A DNA stretch of 64,000 nt from Planctomycetota bacterium (GTDB lineage: Bacteria > Planctomycetota > SZUA-567 > H5-PLA8), in assembly GCA_045863855.1 (NCBI GenBank), contig BTVV01000010.1:28779-92778 (forward strand). The letters are read 5' to 3'. Positions 9,283 to 18,124 of this stretch are shown piece after piece (within the stretch, counting starts at the first letter, position 1; the number at the start of each line of letters is the position of its first letter). Under the pieces are notes generated by a model, which was not told the DNA's origin, searched no databases, and was given only the letters and a program-made list of their open reading frames with translations. Both the position numbers and the translations under genes were made by a program.

Positions 9283-9481
9283 TCACCTATCGCTCGCGCT
9301 AGTCAAGCGGCGGCTGGCCGCGTGCCCCTAACACCACCACCTCCGCACACCAATTCCCAAACGACGACCCACTCCCTTATACGTTTTCCGCCCACCTGCG
9401 CCAGCCTTCACCCTCAAAAAGGAGGCAACCATACGCAACAGCCCGAAACCCCTCCGCGATGCCGAGGACCGTACCGCCCTT

Positions 9482-9530
9482 TTGCCGTAATTGCCGTTTG
9501 TGCGTTCGTTGAGTTCTTGCCGTTTGCCGT
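9482..9530. repeat. Clustered heptamer repeat TTGCCGT x4 with degenerate units between
   Basis: Exact copies at 9482, 9491, 9517 and 9524. Confidence 0.8.
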
Positions 9531-9610
9531 CTGCACCAGCGCACCCCATCGCGCATAGCCTCCGCGTACGCTATGCCCCAACTCGCGCCGAGCACCCCAA
9601 AACCTATTCA

Positions 9611-9619
9611 ATTATAGCA
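9611..9619 (-). promoter_or_regulatory. Extended -10 promoter (TG-C-TATAAT) directed into the AT-rich island
   Basis: Plus-strand ATTATAGCA is TGCTATAAT on the minus strand, in an AT-rich intergenic stretch. No consensus -35. Confidence 0.6.
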
Positions 9620-9776
9620 GTTTTATGGCAAAATCGATTTTTTGCCCTACGTGCGCACCATCCTCGACCCGCCGGTCGAATTATTTAACTCCTTAAAACA
9701 CGTACCGAAATTTCGCGCACCGGTGCAACGATCAGCACCTTGCGAATGAACTTGTGACGCGTGAAAAAGTTGAGCG

Positions 9777-11891
9777 TTAAGGCGCCGCGTCCGCATCCCC
9801 GTCGCGCCCGCGACGGCCCCGGTCCAGCACGTCGTCCGCGCACTTCGGCGGCGGAGCTTCGCCCAGCATCCGCGCCAGATCGGCCATCACCTGATCCGTC
9901 AGTTCCGCGACCTCCTTGCGCGAGGCGTCTTTCGGAACCGTGAACGGATCGCCGACTTGCAGCGTGATTTGGTACGGCCGCGGAAAGCGGTACCAGCGCG
10001 CGAACGAACGCGTGTTCCCGATCACCGCCACCGGAATCACCACCGCGCCCGAACGCTGCGCCAGAAAAAGCGCGCCCGACTTGGGCTTCTGCAGCTTCCC
10101 GTCGTCGCTCACGTGCCCTTCCGGAAACATCGCCACGCAGATCCCGCCCTTCAGCGCTTCCGCGCCGGCCTTCAGCGCGCGGATCTGGCTCTTGTCGTCC
10201 ACCGGGATCGTCATCAGCATGCGGAAGAACGGATGCGCGATCGAGTTGTAGTAGCTGGCGTGCATGATGTACTGCACGTACCGGTTGATCCCGCTGCCCA
10301 GCCAGAACGGATCGAGAAAGCTGCCGTGATTGGCCGCCAGCACCACCGGTCCTGTCAGCGGAATCTTCTCCAGCCCCACGATCCGCATGCGGAAGTACAC
10401 CTTGCAGATCATGTACGAAAGGAAGCGCGCGAAGCGGTAGAAGAGCAGCTCCAGGAGCCCCTGCGCCGGCACGCCGCCGCTGCGCCCGGCGTACAGGCCG
10501 CAGTCGAGGAACCAGCTCAACGCCGCGACGACCGGGATCGAGACGAGCAGCACCCGCGGCAGGAAGTACGCCAGCATCTCGAAGGTCGCGTCCGTCACCG
10601 GGAACATGAATAGGATCAGCGGCGCCATCAGCGCGCCGGTGAAGAAGAAACCTTTCAGCGCGAAGACGCGCCCGCGCATCGATTCGTCGGTGGCGGCGAG
10701 CAGGTCCGCGTCGATCCGCCCGATCAGCAGGCCCCCGCCGAAGCCCATCAGGCCCAGCCACGGAAAGAGGCTGTAGCCCAGCGCCAGGTTCGCCTGGATC
10801 GCTTCGGCATCGCCCAGCGGCGAGGGCACGCCGCGCGCGCCGAAGACTTGAAGCATCGCCGCGCCCAGGCAGGCCGTGGCCACGGGGTAACTGAAGAGCG
10901 GACTGATGAACCGGCAGAGTTTCCCCATCGTCAGCGCGCCGAGGAAGAGCCCGATGCCCGCGCAGCCCAGCCCGTGGCCCCAGTAGAGCGCCTTCTCGGC
11001 TTCGGGCAGATGCAGCACCGCCGCGCCGTGCCATTCGTTGAGCAGGTAAAAGCAGACGCCGGTGAGCCAGAAAAGCGTCTCGAAGAGGATCAGCGCCGGA
11101 ATGCCGCGCGTGCGCGCCGCGTAACGCAGCCCGCTCCAATTGCCGCGCAGATCCTCGCGTATGCGGGCCAGCACGCCGGCCGGACGCGCCGGCGCCGGCA
11201 GGCCCTGCGCTTCGCCCCGCGCCACGCCGGGGACGCTCACGGCGTCCGGAAGCCCGCGCAGCAAGAGCACCGCCAGCGCGTACAACACCGTCGCCAGCGG
11301 GACGCTCCACAGCGGCCCGAAGCTCGCATTGACCTGCGTGCCCAGTTCGGTCCCGCCCAGAATCGCGGCCAGTCCGGTGATCGCGATCAAGCTCGCCGCC
11401 AGCGAGAGCCTCGGCTTGGGCACCACGTCGGGAATGGCCGAAGCCCGCGCCGGCCCGAACGGCACGGCCACCACCGCCAGCGCGAAGATGCTCAGCAGGC
11501 TCCACGTCCAGTGCTCGGCGAACCACGCGGTCTTGACGCGCAACAGCAGCGGCAAGAGCGTCAGGACCACCGGAATCTTGATCGCGCACGTCAGCCACAA
11601 CAGCCGCCGGCGATCCATCCGGTCGACCATCGAACCGATCAGCGGGTAGAGGATGAATTGCGCCAGCACGCCGACGAACGTCACCGCGGCGATCTGATTG
11701 ACCGCGACCGGAAAGGAATACTGCACCGCGCCGATGACGGCCATCTGGTACAGGCGGTCGCCCAAGTTGGCCAGCAGCGAGCCCGCGAATAGGCGGCTGA
11801 ACGCGCCGTGGGCGAAAATCCAGCCGCGCGATTCGGGAACTTCAACAGGGACCGCCCCAGGCTGCTCGGGCGACTGGTCGGGTTCAGGCAT
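9777..11891 (-). CDS. MFS transporter fused to a PlsC-type acyltransferase (LplT/Aas-like lysophospholipid recycling protein)
   Basis: MFS motif GSMVDRMDRRRLL and about 12 TM helices; C-terminal NHGSFLD (HxxxxD) and MFPEG acyltransferase motifs. Confidence 0.88.
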   Translation of the reverse strand: MPEPDQSPEQPGAVPVEVPESRGWIFAHGAFSRLFAGSLLANLGDRLYQMAVIGAVQYSFPVAVNQIAAVTFVGVLAQFILYPLIGSMVDRMDRRRLLWLTCAIKIPVVLTLLPLLLRVKTAWFAEHWTWSLLSIFALAVVAVPFGPARASAIPDVVPKPRLSLAASLIAITGLAAILGGTELGTQVNASFGPLWSVPLATVLYALAVLLLRGLPDAVSVPGVARGEAQGLPAPARPAGVLARIREDLRGNWSGLRYAARTRGIPALILFETLFWLTGVCFYLLNEWHGAAVLHLPEAEKALYWGHGLGCAGIGLFLGALTMGKLCRFISPLFSYPVATACLGAAMLQVFGARGVPSPLGDAEAIQANLALGYSLFPWLGLMGFGGGLLIGRIDADLLAATDESMRGRVFALKGFFFTGALMAPLILFMFPVTDATFEMLAYFLPRVLLVSIPVVAALSWFLDCGLYAGRSGGVPAQGLLELLFYRFARFLSYMICKVYFRMRIVGLEKIPLTGPVVLAANHGSFLDPFWLGSGINRYVQYIMHASYYNSIAHPFFRMLMTIPVDDKSQIRALKAGAEALKGGICVAMFPEGHVSDDGKLQKPKSGALFLAQRSGAVVIPVAVIGNTRSFARWYRFPRPYQITLQVGDPFTVPKDASRKEVAELTDQVMADLARMLGEAPPPKCADDVLDRGRRGRDGDADAAP

Positions 11892-11950
11892 GCGGGGCGT
11901 GATTATCCTTCACGCGGCAACGATGCAAGACAAGGAATGTTGGGGTACTA

Positions 11951-11979
11951 TTGACAGTATGCACCTTGGGTACTATGCT
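11951..11979 (+). promoter_or_regulatory. Sigma70-type promoter for the 12068 gene, overlapped by GGTACTA repeats
   Basis: TTGACA (11951-11956) - 17 bp - TATGCT (11974-11979). Confidence 0.75.
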
Positions 11980-12067
11980 ATATTTTAGTACCTGAGATTT
12001 ATCGTCCTCTGTGGTTTGGAGTTATAGTGAGTACGTTAGGCTATCGGTCTGCAGCGGGGGAAAAGGC

Positions 12068-13141
12068 ATGAATCGGGGCGGACCGACCGAGCAAGAACTG
12101 GTGGTTCACGGCTATTTCGATCGCCGGCCGGACGGGCGTTGGGGAAACGAACCCAAGCGTGCTCGTTGTGCATGTGCCGAAGGTCTGGCCGCTGAAATCC
12201 AAGCCGATCCAAACGCAACCGAACCGGTAAACTGCCTCACCTGCGCCAACTGGCATCCGCAGCTGGGTTGTGTCTTTGGCGCGAACCAGGAATTGGATGG
12301 AAAGCGTAACGCACGAACGCTTTGGAACATTGTCCGCGACCAAGCCAAAAACTGGGTCGCCGTCGGGCACTACGCTCGAGCGATTGAGCGGCTGGAAAGC
12401 TTCCTCCGCGAGCGTCCCGATGACGCCGAAGCGTTTCTGGCCTTGGCGCGCATCTACGATCATCCTGGCTACCACGGAAAAGATAAGCGCCGTGCGGCGA
12501 TCCTCTATAAGCGCTATCTGGCGCTTTCGGGCGTCGACGGCACCTCCGCTCCGGAAGCCGCGGAAGCCCAGCGCCGGATTGAAGTTCTGCAATTTTGGGA
12601 GCCCGATCCTGCGGCGCAAGACGAAGCTCCACACCTTGCAACCTTCACCTGTTTCTATCGCTTTAACGCTTTCACCCACTTCGTTTATGGTATTCTGACC
12701 GACCAGCATCTCGTCCTGGTCAATGTCGGTGACGCCGATCCCGAGACGGGAATACGCTCGGTGGATCTAGGCACGCGGTTCGAGCGCGCTTCGAAGCTCT
12801 TCCGCTGGATTTCCGGCGAATCGCTCTCGAAAGAGCGCGAGGTCGAACTGACGGAGACCGAGATTCGGCGCGTGGCGGGCTTATCGCTTTCGCGGCTGCT
12901 GCAGGAACGCGAGGCGGGAACCCTGGATCTCACGCAAGTGGAAGGAGTTAAGCGCAAAGACGATACGCAGCGGAAGGCTTGGGTGGTGGCGCTTCGGACG
13001 GGCTTGTTCAACCACGAATTGGTCTTGCCGCACGAGCAAAAGGGCGATGCGGAGAAGCTGGAGGCGTTGCTTCAAGCGGCGGTGGATCGGGCGCGGAACG
13101 GAGCTTCCAGCCCGCCTGCGCCTCAACGCACGCCGGCCTAA
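12068..13141 (+). CDS. Uncharacterised protein (4-Cys motif, TPR, beta-rich C-domain); paralog of the C-terminal part of the downstream kinase
   Basis: Shares colinear motifs with kinase residues ~509-842: DGRWG, AEGLA, CLTCxNW, ALARIY..P.YHG.DK, F.CFYR, G..DP.TGI, HELV.P. Confidence 0.85.
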   Translation: MNRGGPTEQELVVHGYFDRRPDGRWGNEPKRARCACAEGLAAEIQADPNATEPVNCLTCANWHPQLGCVFGANQELDGKRNARTLWNIVRDQAKNWVAVGHYARAIERLESFLRERPDDAEAFLALARIYDHPGYHGKDKRRAAILYKRYLALSGVDGTSAPEAAEAQRRIEVLQFWEPDPAAQDEAPHLATFTCFYRFNAFTHFVYGILTDQHLVLVNVGDADPETGIRSVDLGTRFERASKLFRWISGESLSKEREVELTETEIRRVAGLSLSRLLQEREAGTLDLTQVEGVKRKDDTQRKAWVVALRTGLFNHELVLPHEQKGDAEKLEALLQAAVDRARNGASSPPAPQRTPA

Positions 13142-13343
13142 GCTGGGAATACGGCTTTCGTTAGACCCTAATCGCCACTTTCTCCCATGCAATGCAACTT
13201 GCTTTCCAACCGCGCCAAGAGAGGCGCGTTAAAGCTCCAGGAAGTACAGGTTTCGTGCATCTTGACCTTGGAACGCCGTCACAAAAGACTATAACGTCCC
13301 AAGTGTCCTAAGGTTCGGCGGGACCGAGCCCGACGGATGGGCC

Positions 13344-15872
13344 ATGGCTGATACATATCACATCGGTGAATTCCTCCTCGAGTCCAAGCTGGGCGAGGGA
13401 GGCATGGGAGTGGTCTTCCGCGCCCGTCAGACGGCGTTGGATCGCTACGTCGCCCTGAAACTCCTTTCTCGGCCAGTGACCAAGGGTTCCAAGTTTATCG
13501 AGCGCTTCCACCGCGAAGCCCGCGCGGCGGCGAAGCTTGTACATCCCAATATCATCCAGATTTACACGATCGGCGACCACAAGGGCACGCCGTACTTCGC
13601 CATGGAGTACGTGGACGGCGTGGACTTGGGCGAATTGCTCGAACACGGCCCGCTGCTGAGCGCCGGGGAATCGGTGGAAGTCGCCCGCGGCGTCGCCAAA
13701 GCGCTGGGCGTGGCGATGGAGCAGGACGTGGTGCATCGCGACATCAAACCCGGCAATATCATGATCACGCGCTCGGGTTTGGTGAAGGTGATGGACTTCG
13801 GGTTGGCCAAAGCCAGCGCCGACGCAATCGAGAATCTGACGCAGGAAGGGCAGATTGTCGGCACGCCGACGTACATGTCGCCCGAGCAGGGCATGAGCAA
13901 GCATGTGGACTGGCGCAGCGATTTATATTCGCTGGGCTGCGTGCTTTACGAAAGCCTCACCGGTCGCCCGCCGTTCCTGGCCGACAACATCCCGTCGATC
14001 ATCTTCAAGCACTTGTACGAAGAACCGGTTCCGCCGACGCGGCACAATCCCGATGTACCGGAGGCGCTCGAGAAGGTCTGCCTGAAGCTGCTCGCAAAGA
14101 AGCCGGAGGACCGCTACCAGTCCACGTCCGAAGTGCTGCTGGCGCTGTCGGAAGTGGACGTCAATCTGGGGCAGGCGGAAGTCTCGCTGATTAAGCGCGT
14201 CAAGGACCGGCTGGACAAGCAGGAAGAATCGAAAGCGCTGCCCAAGCCTCGCCCGACGGAAGAAGAGATCGACCAAGCGACGAAGATTTCGCCGCGCCCG
14301 CCGACGGCGCCGGACGCCAAAGGCGTGGTGAACCAGACCATGCAGTTCACGCAGCCGCTGACGCTGGTGGGTTCGGGTTCGGACCTGCGCCCGCCGGAAG
14401 CGGAGGCGGCAAAAAAGGCCGAAGCGGCTGCCGGCGCCAAGGCCGGTTCGGGGACCAAGCTGCGGAGCGTGCCTGGATCGAAGTCGCTCGAATCGCTGGC
14501 GCCCAAGGCTGCGGATACGCCGGCGGCGCGCGTCAATACGGTGCCTTCGGCGCCGCCTTCGCGCCCTATCCCGATCCCGCCTTCGGGCGCTCAGGCGCGC
14601 AGGCAAGAACCCAAGCCGCCGACGGGCGCACAGGCCGCCGCGTCGCAGAAGCCCAGCGATTCGACCGCCCTTTCGCTGCCGGCCATGCCCAAGGCGCCCA
14701 CGGGCACGACGCGCCGGACGGCGCCGAACGTGCCGGATGAGGAAGATGAGGCGCTGCCTCCGCCGCCGAAGCCTCCGCCGTCGTCGTCCAAGCTGGGCAC
14801 GGTGCGCCCGGCTTCCGGTTCCAGTCTCGGTTCTGGCGCCGAACGCAAGAAAAAATTGGATTCCCGGATCGTCACGGCATACTTCAAGCGCCTCAATGAC
14901 GGGCGCTGGGGATACGACACGAACCTGGGCCCGTGCGAGTATGCCGAAGGCCTGGCCTCCGAGAATCTGCCCGGGAAGAACCTGCGCGTGGGCTCGCTGG
15001 GCGATTGCCTGACCTGCGGGAACTGGACGTCGCGCACCGGTTGCGCGATCGCGACGACCGAACAGATCAAGCGCATCAGCCGCAAGGAAGGTGTACCGCT
15101 CTTCGAGGAACTGGGCGCGGTCTGGTGTGCGGCGGGACGCTTCGATCTGGCCATCGAACCGTTGAACGATTATCTCAAGTCGCATCCCATCGATGCGTCG
15201 GGTTTCCGAGCGCTGGCGCGGATCTACGAGCGGCCCGATTACCACGGCCCGGACAAGGCGCGCGTGGTGGTGCTGTATCAGCGTTGCGTCGAACTGGCCG
15301 AAGAGCACGGCGGCTTGGGCGCGCTGGAACTGAAGCTGGTCAAGGACCGCTTGACGGCGCTGCAGGAAGGCCGCGCGAAGCTGGGCGAAGCAGGGCGTTC
15401 CACGGGCGAGGTGCTGCATCATTTCCGCTGTTTTTACCGGGCCTCGGCGGTGATCTACTTCGCCTTCGGCGCGATGTCGCGCGACCGCATGGTGCTCGCG
15501 CGGGCCGGCGAAGTGGACCCCGACACCGGCATCAGCGTGGACGACATGAGCAACCCGCTCAGCCGGGTGACGAGCATCTTCCGTCGGCTGCGCGGCGAGA
15601 AATCGCGCACCGAAGAACGCGAGTTGGTGCGCCAGGCGATTCTGGAACTCGAGAATACCCCGTTCGACGCGCTACCCAAGAAGAGCGATCAGAGCCTGAG
15701 CATGGGCTACGAGACCGTTCGGCTGGTGGATCTGTCCGAGGACAAGGCCAGCGGCAACCGGACGGTGAAGATGCATACGACCGGCGGCGAACACGAACTC
15801 GTCTTCCCGGCGCAAAGCTGGGTGGACGCGGAACGCTGCGCGGCGATCGTGAAGCGCATCACGGGGAAGTAG
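13344..15872 (+). CDS. Cytoplasmic Hanks-type Ser/Thr protein kinase with Pro/Ala-rich linker and novel C-terminal module
   Basis: GEGGMGVV, VALK, HRDIKPGN, DFG, GTPTYMSPEQ, DLYSLG. No TM segment. Confidence 0.95.
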   Translation: MADTYHIGEFLLESKLGEGGMGVVFRARQTALDRYVALKLLSRPVTKGSKFIERFHREARAAAKLVHPNIIQIYTIGDHKGTPYFAMEYVDGVDLGELLEHGPLLSAGESVEVARGVAKALGVAMEQDVVHRDIKPGNIMITRSGLVKVMDFGLAKASADAIENLTQEGQIVGTPTYMSPEQGMSKHVDWRSDLYSLGCVLYESLTGRPPFLADNIPSIIFKHLYEEPVPPTRHNPDVPEALEKVCLKLLAKKPEDRYQSTSEVLLALSEVDVNLGQAEVSLIKRVKDRLDKQEESKALPKPRPTEEEIDQATKISPRPPTAPDAKGVVNQTMQFTQPLTLVGSGSDLRPPEAEAAKKAEAAAGAKAGSGTKLRSVPGSKSLESLAPKAADTPAARVNTVPSAPPSRPIPIPPSGAQARRQEPKPPTGAQAAASQKPSDSTALSLPAMPKAPTGTTRRTAPNVPDEEDEALPPPPKPPPSSSKLGTVRPASGSSLGSGAERKKKLDSRIVTAYFKRLNDGRWGYDTNLGPCEYAEGLASENLPGKNLRVGSLGDCLTCGNWTSRTGCAIATTEQIKRISRKEGVPLFEELGAVWCAAGRFDLAIEPLNDYLKSHPIDASGFRALARIYERPDYHGPDKARVVVLYQRCVELAEEHGGLGALELKLVKDRLTALQEGRAKLGEAGRSTGEVLHHFRCFYRASAVIYFAFGAMSRDRMVLARAGEVDPDTGISVDDMSNPLSRVTSIFRRLRGEKSRTEERELVRQAILELENTPFDALPKKSDQSLSMGYETVRLVDLSEDKASGNRTVKMHTTGGEHELVFPAQSWVDAERCAAIVKRITGK

Positions 15873-15996
15873 GCTTGCGCTCTAAGCCCCCCGGTTCCCT
15901 GAAGGATATTCCCCACCATTCCCAGGCGCACCTCCCGCGGCGGCGGAGACGGTTCGATCGTTCACGGGCGCGGCCCGGCGCCATCTGGAGCGCGCG

Positions 15997-18096
15997 ATGA
16001 AGGAGGCGTATCGCGGGCGCCGGCTGAGCGGCGAGGCCGTTGCAGGCACGGACGAATGGACTGCCGCGCCGGCTCTGCGGCCGACTTGGCGCGGCTGGAC
16101 GCTGGGTGTACTGGCCGTCGTGGCCTTGTGCGCGGGTACGCCGTACGTCGATTTCGTGGTGCACGGTACGTTCACCACGATCAATTCGCTCAACTGGTTT
16201 GCCTTCACCGCGCTTTTCGTGCTGGCGCTGGCCTTTTGCGGGAAAACGGGCGCCGCCGGATCAGGGTTGCTGACGCGTGCAGACGTGACGCTGGTCTTCG
16301 CGATGACGATGGCCATCTGCACGATCCCCGGTTTCGGGTTGATGTCGTACCTCAGCAATACGATGTACGGACTGACGTACTACGCGCGTCCGGAAAACGG
16401 CTGGCATGAGGTGCTGCTGCCGCATCTGAATCCGGCGCTTTATCCGCAGGATCCGCCGGATCCGGCTTCGGCCGACCCGCGGCCGGTGGAGTGGTTCGTG
16501 TTGGGCTTGCCGCCGGGCGGGGAGATTCCCTGGGCGGCCTGGGTGCGGCCGTACGCGCTGTGGGCTCTGGCGTTCGCGGCGCTGTACGGGCTGATGTTCG
16601 CGCTGGCGGCGTTGCTGGAGCGGCATTGGAGCGAGCGGGAAGTGCTCGCGTTTCCGATCGCGCAGTTGCCGGCCGAAGTCCTGCTGCGCGCGGACGAGAC
16701 GCGCCGGGACCGCCTGTTTTGGTGGGGCGCCGGGGCGGTCTTCGCGCTGCACGGCTGGAACGCGCTTTCGGATTACGTGCCGGGCTGGCCGCTGATCCCG
16801 CTGGCCAACCGCAATCTGCATGCGAAGTATCTGACCGAGCCGCCCTGGACCGCGCTGGGCGCGATGGACTTCATGATTTATCCGTCAGTGATCGGCATTA
16901 CGTTTATTCTGGCGGCGGAAGTCTCGTTCAGCCTGTGGTTCTTTCATATCCTGCAGAAGCTGATCATCTTTGGGCTCTTCGTCGGCGGAGCGGGCTTAGG
17001 CGCGCGCTATTTCGGAGCGCTGGAAGGGCACCGTGGCGCGTTCCTGCATCTGGGCACGGGCGCGATGCTGGCGCTGGTGGCGGGCTGCGTGGTGCTGGCC
17101 GGTCCGACGCTGTGGGCGTCGTGGCGGCGCGCGACGGGGCGCACGCACGAGCCGGACCCGACTGAGGAACTATCTTCGCGCGTGCTTTGGTTCCTGCTGG
17201 CATGCAGCGGCGGCGGTCTGACGGCGTGGCTGATCTGGGCCGGCGTGGCGTGGTGGGTGGCGGCCTTGACGGTGCTGGCTACGGCGGCGGTCCTGATCGG
17301 GTGCACGCGCTTGGTGGCCGAATCGGGGATCTTCGCGCTGCAAGTGCGGCAGATGCCGCCGGCTTTGATCGAGACGGCTTTCACGCCGGCGGCGCTGGGG
17401 ACGCGAAGCTTCGTCGTCACGCAGGTGTGGGAGCAGACGATCACGGCCGATTTTTTCAGGCTGCTCCTGATGCCGAACCTGATGAACCTGCTGCATCTGG
17501 CGCGCCTGACGGGGTTAAACCGGCGCAGCCTGGGCTGGGGCGTGGCGCTGGCGCTGCCGGTGAGTTTCGCGTCGCTGATGCTCCTGGCGTTTCACCGTCC
17601 CGGAGGCGCTAACGATTTCGGGTGGCGCTACCGGAGCTACACGAAGGGGCAGCTTGAGCGGATCGGCCGTACCTCGAACGAACTGCGCACGTTCGAAGCG
17701 AAGCAGTCCGCCGCTCTGGCGGAAGGGCGCAGCGTGCCGCTTAACGAGTATCCGCGCGCGGCGAAGCTCGACCGCGTGCGCTTGGGCTGGATCGGCGCCG
17801 GATTGGCGGCAATGGGGGGCCTGTTGTTCCTGCGCCGGCGGATCTTCTGGCTGCCGCATCCGATCGGTTTCGTGATGTGGATGTGCGATTGGCCGATGCG
17901 CATGATCTGGTTCGCGCTTTTCCTGGGCTGGCTGCTGAAAGTGGGGACGCTGAAGTACGGCGGCTTCCAGCTCTACGGCCGCGTGAAGCGCTGGTGCATC
18001 GGGATGGTGTTCGGCGAAGCGGCGGCGGCGGTGTTCTGGATCCTGCTCGCGATCCTTAACGGCCGGCGCGACGGCTACGCGATTCACATCGACTAG
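15997..18096 (+). CDS. Polytopic membrane protein, DUF6785/DUF6784-like putative permease
   Basis: Many TM helices; W..W..P, ER..LAFPIAQLP, FSLWFF, WLPHPIGF and KYGG...Y motifs recalled for this family. Confidence 0.7.
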   Translation: MKEAYRGRRLSGEAVAGTDEWTAAPALRPTWRGWTLGVLAVVALCAGTPYVDFVVHGTFTTINSLNWFAFTALFVLALAFCGKTGAAGSGLLTRADVTLVFAMTMAICTIPGFGLMSYLSNTMYGLTYYARPENGWHEVLLPHLNPALYPQDPPDPASADPRPVEWFVLGLPPGGEIPWAAWVRPYALWALAFAALYGLMFALAALLERHWSEREVLAFPIAQLPAEVLLRADETRRDRLFWWGAGAVFALHGWNALSDYVPGWPLIPLANRNLHAKYLTEPPWTALGAMDFMIYPSVIGITFILAAEVSFSLWFFHILQKLIIFGLFVGGAGLGARYFGALEGHRGAFLHLGTGAMLALVAGCVVLAGPTLWASWRRATGRTHEPDPTEELSSRVLWFLLACSGGGLTAWLIWAGVAWWVAALTVLATAAVLIGCTRLVAESGIFALQVRQMPPALIETAFTPAALGTRSFVVTQVWEQTITADFFRLLLMPNLMNLLHLARLTGLNRRSLGWGVALALPVSFASLMLLAFHRPGGANDFGWRYRSYTKGQLERIGRTSNELRTFEAKQSAALAEGRSVPLNEYPRAAKLDRVRLGWIGAGLAAMGGLLFLRRRIFWLPHPIGFVMWMCDWPMRMIWFALFLGWLLKVGTLKYGGFQLYGRVKRWCIGMVFGEAAAAVFWILLAILNGRRDGYAIHID

Positions 18097-18124
18097 CGTC
18101 TTACCTGTATCGCTCTAACCGGCT

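Noticed and set aside
9328..9611. Short ORFs in the island leader
   Set aside because: Overlapping low-complexity frames created by the heptamer repeats; no convincing RBS or motif.
13262..13295. Sigma70 promoter for the kinase gene (TTGACC ... TATAAC)
   Set aside because: Spacing is 22 bp; the alternative -35 (TTGGAA, 16 bp) is weak, so it is not called.
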